This document shows positions 1-13,523 of a stretch of 64,000 nucleotides of DNA, one piece after another (position 1 is the first letter of the stretch; each line of letters begins with the position of its first letter). This DNA is from Chrysomallon squamiferum (Eukaryota > Animalia > Mollusca). The position numbers and the translations under genes were made by a program. The notes below the pieces were generated by a model. It was not told the DNA's origin and did no database searches. It saw only the letters and a list, made by a program, of their open reading frames with translations. The stretch spans positions 14,818,001 to 14,882,000 of the forward strand of contig CM022672.1 of NCBI GenBank assembly GCA_012295275.1, given 5' to 3'.

Positions 1-288
1 TTATTTGTATGTGTGTGTACGTATGTATGTATTTACGTATGTATGCATATGTGTGTGTGAGTGTGTATGTATGTATGTATGTATGTATAAGTATGTATGT
101 GTAGAAAAAATTTACAACACTTAAATGTTTGTGAATGTTTTATAGGAGTCAAACATATCAAATGATTGTTAAAAACGAATCCCTTTTGCCGTCATCAGTC
201 AATGGTCTTCATTAATCGAAAAACAGTAACAGTATTTACACACATCCTCTAGTAAACAGGAAAACACATACCACACATTTTATTTAAT

Positions 289-357
289 AAACCAGTTACT
301 TGTTCACTTGTTGGAACGGGAAATAGCACAACTGGATAACCGATCCTGCGACCCATC
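289..357 (+). repeat. Fragment of a dispersed, SINE-like repeat
   Basis: AACCAGTT...TTGGAACGGGAAATAGC...GATCCT. Similar cores recur at ~3793-3840 (+), ~8860-8900 (-) and ~45213-45235 (+). Confidence 0.4.
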
Positions 358-788
358 AATTCTTCTTACATCACAGCTGTAAAAACTAGGTTACGACCCG
401 CTCCCCTCTTCTTCCAAAAAAAAAATCTAAAAAAAAAAAAAAAAAAAAAAAAATCAAAAAAAAAAAATCTTTAGACCAGGAATTTTCATCTTTGTCCATT
501 ACTTACTTGCTAATTGCTTTTTTTCCTGGTTACCGCGTTCCTGGTTAGCATGTACCAAAATAACCCATCATTCATCTAAACCCATCACAGATATGACATT
601 ATTATCAAGAATAACAAACTACACACGTGTGTTTTCGCGTAATGGTAACAACTTCTAAGAAGAATATTTCGGACAATTTATTTTCCATAACGTAAACGTA
701 TGAACGTGACGAAAGAAGAAAAATTATGTGTGTGTGTGTGTGAGTGTGCGTTATTTGTTTGTCATCATCATCATCGTTATCATAGTCG

Positions 789-827
<39 letters not shown>

Positions 828-979
828 CTCAGCACCGGTTTTTATGAATTTTTAGACTGATCTGGTGTACGCAGAGCTCATGTCGATGGTTAATTTCGTG
901 TTCTAGATATTTTACGTACGTACGTATATATATATATATATATACATGTATGTACTTATATATGTATGTGCGTGTGTGC

Positions 980-1010
<31 letters not shown>

Positions 1011-1417
1011 CGTGTAAATTAGACATACCCAAAACGTATTAATTAAATTTAATCATTTTATTTTGAACACTCGTATTTCCATTAATACACCGGAAGTAAG
1101 TTAAAAAAAAATATATATATTTTTTTAAATGTATTTCTCTCTCTGAAATTATCATTTTATTTGCGGATGTTAAAATGATAAATTTGAATATTTGAATTAA
1201 AGACCTGTGATTATTTATTTTGTGCTTTGGATGAAGTAAACAAACGCGTCTGCAGTGAAGTACAATTTACACAGAACGCACGTCTGTTTTTAGCGGTTCC
1301 GTGAGAAAAGACGCAAAGCTGGGTAACATGCACGATGTTGAAGGAGGCCTGCCATTTGTTTAGAGAAGAAAAAAAAACCAAAAAATGTTGACTAATTAAG
1401 AACAAATATTATTTTAA

Positions 1418-1455
<38 letters not shown>

Positions 1456-1555
1456 TTTTTGAAATGTTACGTTATAATATTAAAAAGTGGAAAACATCCA
1501 AATAATAATTAAAAAAAAAAAAAAAAAAAAAAATGTTTTCAAAATAACGAAACAC

Positions 1556-1586
<31 letters not shown>

Positions 1587-1789
1587 CTACTTTTTATTAT
1601 TATTGCTGTTGTTGTTGTGGACATCATTATTCTTATTAAAATTTTGTTTTTTTTTTTTAATATATAACTAAATATCTTTATATTTGTAATTTAATTGTGA
1701 ATAGATAACATAATTAGGGATAGATAAGTTCCAAATTTTGAATTTTTTTTAGTTGAATTCACAGCCAATTTTAATAAAAAATTTTATTA

Positions 1790-2660
1790 TTTCTACAGTT
1801 TAAATACACTTGTACAAATTTTACTATTTCTATAGTTTAATTAGACAATACAAATCTTTATTTCTGTAGTTTAAACATACGTGTACATATTTTACAATCT
1901 CTGTACTTTAAATACACTGTACAAATTTTACTATTAGATAATGCAGTACTTTATTTCTATGGTTTAAATACACAAACTTTATTATTTCTAAAGTTTAAAT
2001 ATACTTATACAAATTCTACTATTTCTGTAGATTAGCTAGACAGTTCAGTACTTTATTTCTGTTGTTTAAATACACAAATTTCACTATGTCTACAGTTTAA
2101 ATACACTTGTACAAATTCTACAGTTATCTTGTAGATTAGCTAGACAGTTTAATAACACTTTATTTCTATTTTGTTTAAATACTTGTACAAATTCTACTAT
2201 GTCTACAGTTAAGATACACTTGTACAAATTTTACTATTTCTATAATTTAATTAGGCAGTGCAAATCTTTATTTCTACAGTTTAATCACACTTGTACACAT
2301 TCTACTATTTCTACAGTTAAAATACACTTGTACACATTCTACTGTTTCTGCAGTTTAAATACACTTGTACACATTCTACTAGTTCTACAGTTTAAATCAC
2401 ACTTGTACACATTCTACTATTCTACAGTTAAGATACACTTGTACACATTTTACTATTTCTACAGTTTAATCACACTTGTACACATTCTACTATTTCTGCA
2501 GTTTAAATACACTTGTACACATTCTACTAGTTCTGCAGTTTAAATACATTTGTACACATTCTACTAGTTCTACAGTTTAAATACACTTGTACACATTCTA
2601 CTATTCTACAGTTAATCACACTTGTACACATTCTACTATTTCCACAGTTTAAATACTCTT
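1790..2660. repeat. Minisatellite with a ~37-bp unit
   Basis: Unit TCTACAGTTTAAATACACTTGTACACATTCTACTATT, about 20+ copies, degenerate on the left and homogeneous on the right. Confidence 0.9.
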
Positions 2661-2971
2661 GTAGAGATTTCCTCTTGCTATCGTGCTGATACGAGAGGTA
2701 CTTTGTCTGTCAGAAATCAAACACACCACTCTCTTCTCATCTGTAACTGGAGCGTTGGCGTTACTGCTTTATAATGTGTTTATGGGAGACACGGAACCGC
2801 ACTGATATATATGTACAGTAATTACTCTGTGTTCTTCGCTCGTTTTTCCAGTGTCTGTCCTTATCTTCAAGTTCTTTTACAGTCAGAATAGTCAAAACAG
2901 TAATCCTTTTACACGACGTGTGATTGTCAAAACAGTAACTTTTTACTACATATATGTGTGGGAGTATGTAT

Positions 2972-3058
2972 TTATGTATGTATGTATGTATGTATGTATG
3001 TATGTATGTATGTATGTATGTATGTATGTATGTATGTATATGTATGTATGTATGTATG
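2972..3058. repeat. (TATG)n microsatellite
   Basis: Directly visible. Confidence 0.9.
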
Positions 3059-3225
3059 TTTGTCTTATGTATGTGTGTGTGTGTCTGTACATATATGTTT
3101 GTGTCTGTGTGAGTTTACACGGACATTGTGAGAGATATATATTTATAAGTATATACCTGTACTATTATGTGCTATATATTTTAGATAGACCTATATTGAC
3201 TAATACTGATGTCTCCGTACAGACA

Positions 3226-3258
<33 letters not shown>

Positions 3259-4954
3259 CAATTTATTTTTTCGAAGACAGAGATTACATTATGTAATGCA
3301 TAACGTAACGTACAATGATTAATACAATATACAAATGCGCGCGTGTGTGTGTGTGTGTGTGCATGTGAGATCTTGTTTATTTATTTTTTCGAAGACAGAG
3401 GTTACATTATGTAATGCATAATACATGGTTAATACATTAAGTAACAATATACAAGTGTGTGTGGTTAATGTCTTACAAATTATGTTTGTTTGTAATATGA
3501 GGAAATGTTAAAACGTTTATATTTTGTGTGTGGTAATAAAATGAATGAATGAATGAATGTTCAACGATGTATGAATGAAAACACGCATACTGATAGCTCA
3601 GGACATAAACTAACCTGCTAGGTGCCAAGCTTTTCTATTTAAATTATTTTTTATTTCTTTTCCTTTTTCTTTTCTTCTTTTTTTTTTTTTTTTTTTCTTA
3701 TTATTATTTTTTTCATAATAATTATGTTATATTTATTATATTTTGGCAACAAAGTATCTGTTATATATATATTCCATAAAGAAAAGCATATAAACCAGTT
3801 CTGAGGCCCTGGTTGGAACGACAAATATCCTCAGTGGAACGTAAAGAATGACTGAATCGGTGACATGTCACGCCTGAGCTATTGCTTAAACACGTACTGT
3901 AAAACAACATAGTTTTCTTCTTTCTTTTCCTCAAATCCTGTCATAGATGTTATGTAAAATATCCCACACAGAAAACAAACAATTTATCACTGTCAAATTG
4001 TGAAACAAATGAAAAAAAAAAAAAAAAAAAAAAACCTGTGCTGTCTTTTTTTTTTTTTTTTTTTTTAAGCTTACGGAACCATTGTCAGAACCAGATTATT
4101 ATTTCTGTATCTTTTAAGCAAAAAAAAAAAAAAAAAATATGTATTTAAATTTCGCAAACATTATTTCTGGTTTTTTTGGCTAAGTATTTTATTATAAATT
4201 TGTCTTGTCGATGTTAGCGTATTTCTGAAGTATGCTGTCTGGTGAGGACGTTGTACAAGCGGTCTTAAGGGCCACGAACCATGATGCAACATTAAGCATT
4301 TCGAGAGAAACTGTCACTAGTGATTTTACGTCTGAATTGTTTTCTTCGCTAGATTCATCCACTGCTCAGTGGGATTCTGTAACGGTTGCTTTGTTTTACC
4401 CAATATTGATATTTTTATTATCGTTTATTCATTCTTATTTCAGTGGCAAATAAGTTAAAAAAAAATATATTTTAAAATATATTGTGTATGTGTGGATGAT
4501 GTCTATTGCTTGTGTTTAAGTGTGTGCGCCTGTATGTTTATATGTGTATACTATAGATATATACATGATATTTATGAGTTTTTGTATTTAGCAATTTAGA
4601 TACATAAATTGACACTCATGTCCAGAGAGAGAGAGGAGGGTTGGCTTTATATATAAAAATCAAGAGGTTGTGACATGTTATCACAAATATCAACAACAAC
4701 AAAAATCTTTAACAAAAATTACTAAGTTTCAACAAAAATTTATTGAACGGGCGCCAGCGTATATGATGAATCCCTTTAATCTTGAAATCGTAAGTAGCTC
4801 ACTTCAGAGTCAGTACATTTTAGCGATTTTTAGAAATTATTCTTAACTTCAAGTGTGTTTCTCAACTCTCTGCCGTCTACTGACAACGTAAAACCATTAT
4901 CTCTCTTTTTCTTCTGTTAATTTCTATTTGTTTGTTCTTTATATCTTATTGCTC

Positions 4955-4956
<2 letters not shown>

Positions 4957-5042
<86 letters not shown>
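4957..5042. repeat. (CT)n microsatellite
   Basis: Directly visible. Confidence 0.95.
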
Positions 5043-5046
<4 letters not shown>

Positions 5047-5311
5047 CTTTACATATCCATCTTTGTCTTTTCATTGTTCCTCTTTTCTCTTTTAAAATAA
5101 TCCGCTGTATTTATTGTTTTACGTCAATCGTTCTACATATTGTCATACAAAAGAAAAATGAAACTGTCATCATAGAGAATACAATAGAAAATCAGATCAT
5201 CCAGCTAACAGAACCAGTTAAAAACAAAGCTATATAACGCCCGTGTTATAATCTTTAACAAAGAATGCAGAAAAGTGGAGGACTATTTGGCCTGATACCT
5301 ACGCACGTCAC

Positions 5312-5370
5312 GAAGTTGGTTATTCAATTTCAACAGTAGAAAGTTGGTTATTCAATTTCAACAGTAGAAA
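5312..5370. repeat. 28-bp tandem duplication
   Basis: GAAGTTGGTTATTCAATTTCAACAGTA occurs twice, near-identically. Confidence 0.75.
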
Positions 5371-6093
5371 GTCGTAGAGTCTTAGATGTTTTTCTTTCTT
5401 TTTCTTTATTTGTTTGTTTGTTTATTTATTTATTTATCTATCTATTTATTTATTTTCTCTTTTTTTTTCTTTTTATTTTCTTTTCTTATTTATTTCTTTT
5501 ATATATTTTTTTTGTTGTTTTTTTTGTCTTCATCTTCTTGTTGTTGTTATTATTATTATTAATATTGTTATTATTTATTTATTTACTTACTTATTTTCTA
5601 TTATTGTCATCATTATTTTATTTTTATTTATTTATTTATTTTTTTATGTATATTTATATTATTTGTGTCAGAGTGCTGGTGAGCACGTGTAATTTACTGC
5701 ACGAACGTGTAACATCTCTTGCTTATCTCAGCGTAACCTTTTTACTTTTTCCTTTCCACTTTGATCTTGGCAGTTTAATGACTTTTTACACCATACTCGG
5801 CTGAAATAAAGTTTAAATAAAAAACAGAATTAAAATAACCTGCAGCCAGAGATACCGCTGTATGAAACGTCTCAAAGTTCAACCTAGTTAGACATTCCAG
5901 AAGCTGTAAATTACCCAAAATTGTTAAAATAATGTCACCGTACTTGGAACCGTGTTGAAAGCACCCAGTGCCTCTACAGATGTTTTTACAGACCATAACA
6001 TATTTCATCTTAAACTTTTTTCTTTTTTTTTAATTAAAAAAAAAATAATAATTTTCTTTTGAAAGTTATGTCTCACCACATGAATGACCTTAA

Positions 6094-6134
<41 letters not shown>

Positions 6135-6179
6135 CTATAAATCTTGGAACTGTCCTATCTTTTCTGAAACCTTGGCTTT

Positions 6180-6222
<43 letters not shown>

Positions 6223-6470
6223 CCTTTCTGAGTACGTTTTAGTTTTAATAGTACAAACGTTAACACACTTTCGAATTTGACGCAAATAATAAACTAAAAT
6301 TAGATTGAAGTACAGTTACCGTGTTTGTCTGTTTATCAGCTAGCGGATATGAATATAACCAATATATTCGCTTGTTTTGTCTTCATAATTAAGTCATTTT
6401 CTCCCGCCGTCTAGCATCCTGCTGCCTATTTGAAACTAGTCTTTAAGAGTGTTCATTGTGATAATCATCA

Positions 6471-6574
<104 letters not shown>

Positions 6575-7603
6575 TAATCTGTTTCTTTCTGGTTTTTTCT
6601 CCCTCGTTCTCCCTCTCTATCTCTCCATTCGCTTTCTGTACTTGTCTATACACGTGTTTCTTTGTATATGTTTATATCGTTTTTTTTTTAATTATATATA
6701 TAATTTTTATATTTCTATGTATAATCATGCGTTTGTGTACGAATCTATCTGAATTTATTCCGATAAGAAGTCACAAATGTCCTTTTCACGTTTCACTGTA
6801 ATGACCCTAACAACATAAATATTCATATTAGAAGGGGGAATAAAAACATCCAAAAAAAACAGCAGTTTTCGAATTGCCAAAAAAATGTATCTTATCTTTA
6901 GATTTATGTAGACCCTGATAGCATCTTACCGAAATAACACGATCGTGATAGACTTCACTGCCCTTTAGAAATCATTTCAATACTTCATAAACTTTCACGT
7001 TATAAACACCACAGGACGTAAAATAATTTTTGCATTAAATTTGTTTCTGTTTCAGAACTAACTCTCTGTCTTAATTTCAATATCTAAGAAAAAAAAATGC
7101 ATATACAAATCAGATGTAAAATAATATTAGTTTCGATAGTTTATAAAATATTACACGCCCGTAAATAAACTTTATAACGTTTATAAAGAAATAGTGTAAT
7201 AAAACATTTTTTATTTTATTATCTCTTTGTTTATTTATTTCGATAATTCATAAAATTTGATATAAAGATGTCCGATGTAGAATACTGCATCAAAACATTT
7301 TCTATTTCAGAAGTCTGTTTCTGTGTTAATTTCAGTATTTAATCAAATTAGATATAAGATATGCTGATGTAAAACATTTTGTTAAAATATTTCTGTTTCA
7401 GAATCAACTTTCTCTATTCATTTTCTTAATAAAATTTTACATAAAGAACGCTGATAAGTAAAATAACACTGAATTAAAACTTTTCTATTTTAGCATCGAT
7501 TTTATTTGTTATTTTTATTATTTTATATGATTTCACAGGCCTTACAAATATTAACGGAAGGTAATATTGCATTAGAACACTGACTTAAAATATTTCTATT
7601 TCA

Positions 7604-7653
<50 letters not shown>

Positions 7654-8035
7654 GTTGTTCGCCAGTATAGAACACTGTCGTAAAGTAATATTGCATTAGG
7701 ACATTGCCGTTAACTATTAAAACTTTAACAGTAAATTTAAAATAAAAAAAGGTTATACGAACAACACACAGTTAAATTGTTCTGTCTTTCAGAAACGATT
7801 ATCAGTATTAATTTCATCATACATATATACTTACATACATACATATATATATATATATACAATAGCGTTTATTATCAAGGAATAATTTCATTTCATTGGT
7901 CATTCATTTTCGTTCTGCTTAATTTCGTTTTAATGATTTTTTTTTTGTTTGTAACTGTATAATCGTGTCAATTTGAAAGTAATGGCGTGAGAACGATATA
8001 GTGTTTATTATTAATTAAGAAAACTTTCACACTAA

Positions 8036-8038
<3 letters not shown>

Positions 8039-8104
<66 letters not shown>
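8039..8104. repeat. (GA)n microsatellite
   Basis: Directly visible, about 50 bp upstream of the monooxygenase ATG exon. Confidence 0.95.
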
Positions 8105-8106
<2 letters not shown>

Positions 8107-8152
8107 GAACAACATAAACAACACACATGTAAAGAGACATTTGTTTTTCAGA

Positions 8153-8568
8153 ATGGTGTTTATACTGACGCTTGTGGCAGGGTTCACCAGGGGACACAGG
8201 AGTTACATGAAACTCTTTCCCAATGGAGAGCGGATTCCACACCCCTGTAACGAGGACATGTTCTGGGCGGGGTCCGGCCATATTGAAGACGTGGGCCGCG
8301 GTAGGCTGAATGCATTTGGAGAACACTTCAAGGAAGCAGGAAACGTTAGTGTTCTGTTAATTTATTATTTTACATACGAACATGAATGCGCGCGCACGTG
8401 CACGCGTACACACAGACAGGGCTGCACATGCACGACTAGACACATACACCCAAACAATCCGACAGACGTTATCGTGTTCAGGTTCTTGTTTTCTTTAACC
8501 ACTGCTGCTGTTACTGCTACTACTAATACTACTTCAATGACGATTTCAATAATTATTACTGCTGCTGC

Positions 8569-8610
<42 letters not shown>

Positions 8611-9161
8611 ACGTTTTAGTAACAGATATTATCATCATGGTCATCATTAAATAAGTTTTAGCGCATATGTTTTTTTTTTTTTTTTACAGAAATGGACGAA
8701 AGAAGTGTGTGAGATGGATTCAGACATGGACGGTATGACGAACGGACAGGAGCTGGGGGATCCTGACTGCGTGTGGAAGCCGGGAATGACTCCGAGTCGC
8801 ACAGTCGGAATCACACATCCGGGTAATACACAAGTATTTGAGGCGTTACTGGTCTGAGGATCACTCCTACAGGGTTAATTTTCCCGTTCTAGTCAGTCCC
8901 GTTCTATGAATGGTTTATAATATGTTATTGTACAGTTGTTTTTTGTTGTTGTTTTTTCTGTTCAAGAAAAGGTGGAAATGTATGATCGTTTCTTGTAGTT
9001 TGATGTTTCATTATCTGAATATAGCTTTAACTATTTCTGTTGGTATTACGCTGTATAAAATACTTAAATGCAGATCAAAAATGGTAAAAATCTGAGTTGA
9101 TTGAGAGGTTCTGTTAAAACAAGAAATAACGTGGGAATTAATAATACATATCTACACGCAT

Positions 9162-9202
<41 letters not shown>

Positions 9203-9703
9203 TGCATACATACATAATAACTAAATACTTACGTAAATACATACATACATAAAAACATTCATAGATACTTACATACATACATACAAAAATAGATATAAAA
9301 ATAAATACATACATATTCATGTACGTTAGTTATTTACATTATATATCCACGTGTGTGTAGTCACTAGAAAAATAATCGTCCTTACTAACACAGTAAGATG
9401 ACGTCACAACACTGGATCGAATCATTCCGTCTGTTTGCAACTGGTTTTTTAACTTCTGTTAATTCCACTGACAAAGATGCAGCGAACCGTTCTTCATATT
9501 ACCTTTTTCTACTTTAGAGGATTGTTTTTGCTTTTGTTTTATTATTTTTAAATTTTATTTTCCTAGTTTTGAATAATATTAATTTTTAACTTGAATGCGA
9601 GTATTTTACTTGTTTTGTGTTATTTATTTACTAATTTATTAATTGGTGTTGATTTGTTTGTTTCTTACTTTATGCATTTATTTGGGTTTTTGTTTATTTT
9701 ATT

Positions 9704-9734
<31 letters not shown>

Positions 9735-10142
9735 TTCGTTTGATTGAATGTTTCTTTGTTTATGCGTTTATTTTATTTATTGTTCATTTGTATATTTATT
9801 TATTTATTTATTTATTTATTTCGGAGATGTTCATTTATGTTTCGCTTTTTCTTTTTCTTTCCGTTTTTAATTCTATTCTATTTTTATTCTATTTTTTATT
9901 TTATTTTTTGAATTATTAACTTCCTATCAACGCACAGTTAATTACTGCTATACTGTATTATAAATTATGTTTGTTTTCAGGTGTATGTAACCCCACCGAC
10001 TCACACAAATGTGAAATGTACAACACCTGGGTAAAGTGTAAAGTCAAGGAACTGAAATGTGACGCTGTTAATCACACTGGTAAATACGACCACCTATCTA
10101 TTAAACTTTTATAAAATATATTTTTTTGTTTAATGTTTAATA

Positions 10143-10206
<64 letters not shown>

Positions 10207-10275
10207 GTTGTTGATATTGATGTGATAATCGTTATCGATATTGTCATTATGATTATTGTTATTTTCATTGTCATT

Positions 10276-10369
<94 letters not shown>

Positions 10370-11096
10370 TCATATTTAGGCAATTTTACATAACTCAAAA
10401 TTACAAATTCTATGAGATATAACATTATATTCTCACACACTGAGACTTGTAAAACTCCTTAAACGCTGATCACTGTTTTTCTTTGCTACTAGTTATAACA
10501 CATAATATTTTATATAATATATTACCTTCGCTAAAATAATATAAACATATCTTATTATTTAATTTTTTTTTACATATTTTTTTTAATTTTTACTAAGCAC
10601 GCACAAGTAAATTGGGACTACATACAAGGGCATACTATATATTTTTATACATTTCTTACTTAATAATTTTATTAAAAAAAAAAAAAAAAAAAAAAAATGT
10701 TAAACCTACTTTTTCAATAAACGTTAACAAAAATACAAAGCGTATTCGTATAATTTACATTACATATATTTCAGATACGAAGAATATTACCTTACGTTTT
10801 ACTGATACAAAAATACCCAACACGGAAACAAATTACTACTGCATGCTATTCGACCTACCTACGGATAGAGATTATCACCTGGTTGCCACGCAACCAATAC
10901 TGGTAAACAAAGACATAGTTCATCACATGCTGGTGTTCGGCTGCGATCCATCTGGTGAGGTCATATGGTATGGTATAACACTAAAACACAATGAAGTGCT
11001 AGTGTTCATGCATATATACAGATATATACATAGAGAGATACCTGCATACCTTTATCTATATATCTATATCTATATCTATCTATCTATCTATCTATA

Positions 11097-11144
<48 letters not shown>

Positions 11145-11318
11145 TATAAATGTATCTATATATCTATATATCTGTCTCTATATGTATGTCTGTCTGTTTG
11201 TATATATACATGTATGTGTATATATAGAGACACACACACGCACATATATAAATACACACACACACACACAGGCGCATATATATGTAATAATGTATGTATG
11301 CTTGCGTAGGTACATAAA

Positions 11319-11406
<88 letters not shown>

Positions 11407-13479
11407 TATCAGAACTGAGAAAGAGAACGAGTAAGTGAATGAATGACAGAGAGAGGGAAACAGAGAAAATGACTCGTTTTACTAAACATAGATATAGATC
11501 GATAGAAAGAGATTTTCAGATAGAGATTTTAAAAAGGAAATAGAGGAATAAAATGGGATACATACATCATACACTCGCATACACATGCCCTCACATAGAC
11601 ATATATATATACACACAAATATATTCATACATTACACATACATCTTTTTTTTTTCTTTTTTTTCCAGAAAAGAATTTCAATGGTATACCCAACAGGCCAT
11701 ACCCCTGTGACATGGTGCCGCATGAAAAGTGTACACAGATAATAGGCACGTGGACGATGGGCAGTCCCGGGGAGTGTCTGCACGAGAATGTCGGCTTCAA
11801 ACTAGGAAAACACGGGTACAGGAAGGCCGCTCTGCAGGTGAGAGCGAGGTCTGACGTACTAATATTACAGCTAAAATTTGAAATGCTTTCCTTCTCAACT
11901 GTTACGAATTATCTCCCTTTCTCACACACGTTCGTTTCCTCTTCGTACACACACACACGTCATATCCGGATCTCTTTCTCACTCTGTATTATCCCTCCGT
12001 CTGTCTTTCTTTCTGTGTCCTTCTGCGTTTATCTCTCTCCTGTGTAGCGACACAAACCACACACTTTCCCTCTCTTTTTATTACGATTTCTAGTTTTAGT
12101 ACTTTATATCTCTTTCTACTACCTTTTCTAATTTTATTCTTTTATATCTCGTTCTACTACGTTTTCTAATTTTATTATTATTTTATATCTCGTTCTACTA
12201 CGTTTTCTAATTTTATTATTTTATATCTTTCTACTACGTTTTCTATTTTTTTTCTTTTATATCTCGTTCTACTACGTTTTCTCATTCTATTTCCTCAGGT
12301 ACACTGGAACAACCCTCAACTACTGAGCGACATGATAGACTCCTCTGGGTTGCGACTGTACTACTCGCCTCACCTGAGAGACAACGAGGCGGGACTGCTA
12401 GTGACGGGAGAACACTACCTGGAGATAGCGCCCGTGGGCACGCCCTCCAAACTCGAGTACGTTTCCAGCTGCCCGGGGCGCTGCACCAAGTCCATGTTCG
12501 ACTCCAACATCTACGTAACGACAGCCATCAACCACATGCACTACCTCGGTGAGCAGTTTACACACCGAGTGTTTGTTATCTTACTCGTTCCAGAAATATT
12601 CAAGTTGTACTGACAGATTTTTATGTATACTATGTGAAAACAGAAAATAATCACGTCTATAGATGAAACTGTTAATATATATATAATTTTTTTTTTTTTT
12701 TTTTTTTTTTTTACGTAACTACTTGATTATACACACATGTATGCACTCATGTACTCATACACCAAACAAAACCTACATAATATCGAAGAAGCTCAGTGGT
12801 TAGAGCACAAGACTGACAAAAAGTCATCATGGCGTTTACTTTGCTATTTCCTGCTGTGTAATTGGTCTGTCAAAGGCCTTTTCTTGGTTTGGAAAGTTGA
12901 AAATAAAAATATAATCTTCTAGAAGAAAAAATACTCCACCACTAACAGAGAATGAACTATCGTTTATTAAAGTATTAAAACACTTTCGTGTTTTATACAT
13001 ATGGACACTGACCAGAACCACTCACACATATGCACTCACATACACATAGCTTCAGTAAAATAATTCATCAATGTTTTGTAATTTTAACAGGTATAACTCA
13101 AAGGATAGAACTTTACAGAAACGGTGTTAAACTACGAGACATCACTTACGACCGTTTTTATGAATACGACAATCCAGTGATATACACGTAAGTATGCATA
13201 ATATGGATCACCTTTGTTTTTGTAAAGTAATATTTTTTGAAAAGATGAAAAAAATTATAAGATTTGGCTTATTACATGATGTTAATATTCCTGTGTTGGC
13301 AGAAAAAATATAACACAAGATAGAATGTTAGGTCATGATTTGAATCATTTCTCGTACTCTGTTAAACGTACTCTGTTAAAAGCGAAATGTTTTATTCTAC
13401 ACAATTAATTATTTATATGTATTTATATTAACAATAAAATCTGTCGATCTACGTATGTATGTATGTATATATATATATG

Positions 13480-13523
<44 letters not shown>

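Noticed and set aside
1790-2660. CRISPR-like array (37-bp repeats) and the ORF at 2199-2543
   Set aside because: The units are contiguous with no unique spacers, there are no cas genes and the context is eukaryotic. It is a minisatellite.
4763-4795. ATGATGAATCCC...ATC|GTAAGT as an upstream coding exon of the monooxygenase
   Set aside because: It ends in phase 0, but the acceptor at 8151 needs phase 2 to join the reading frame. At most it is a UTR exon, and I cannot support that.
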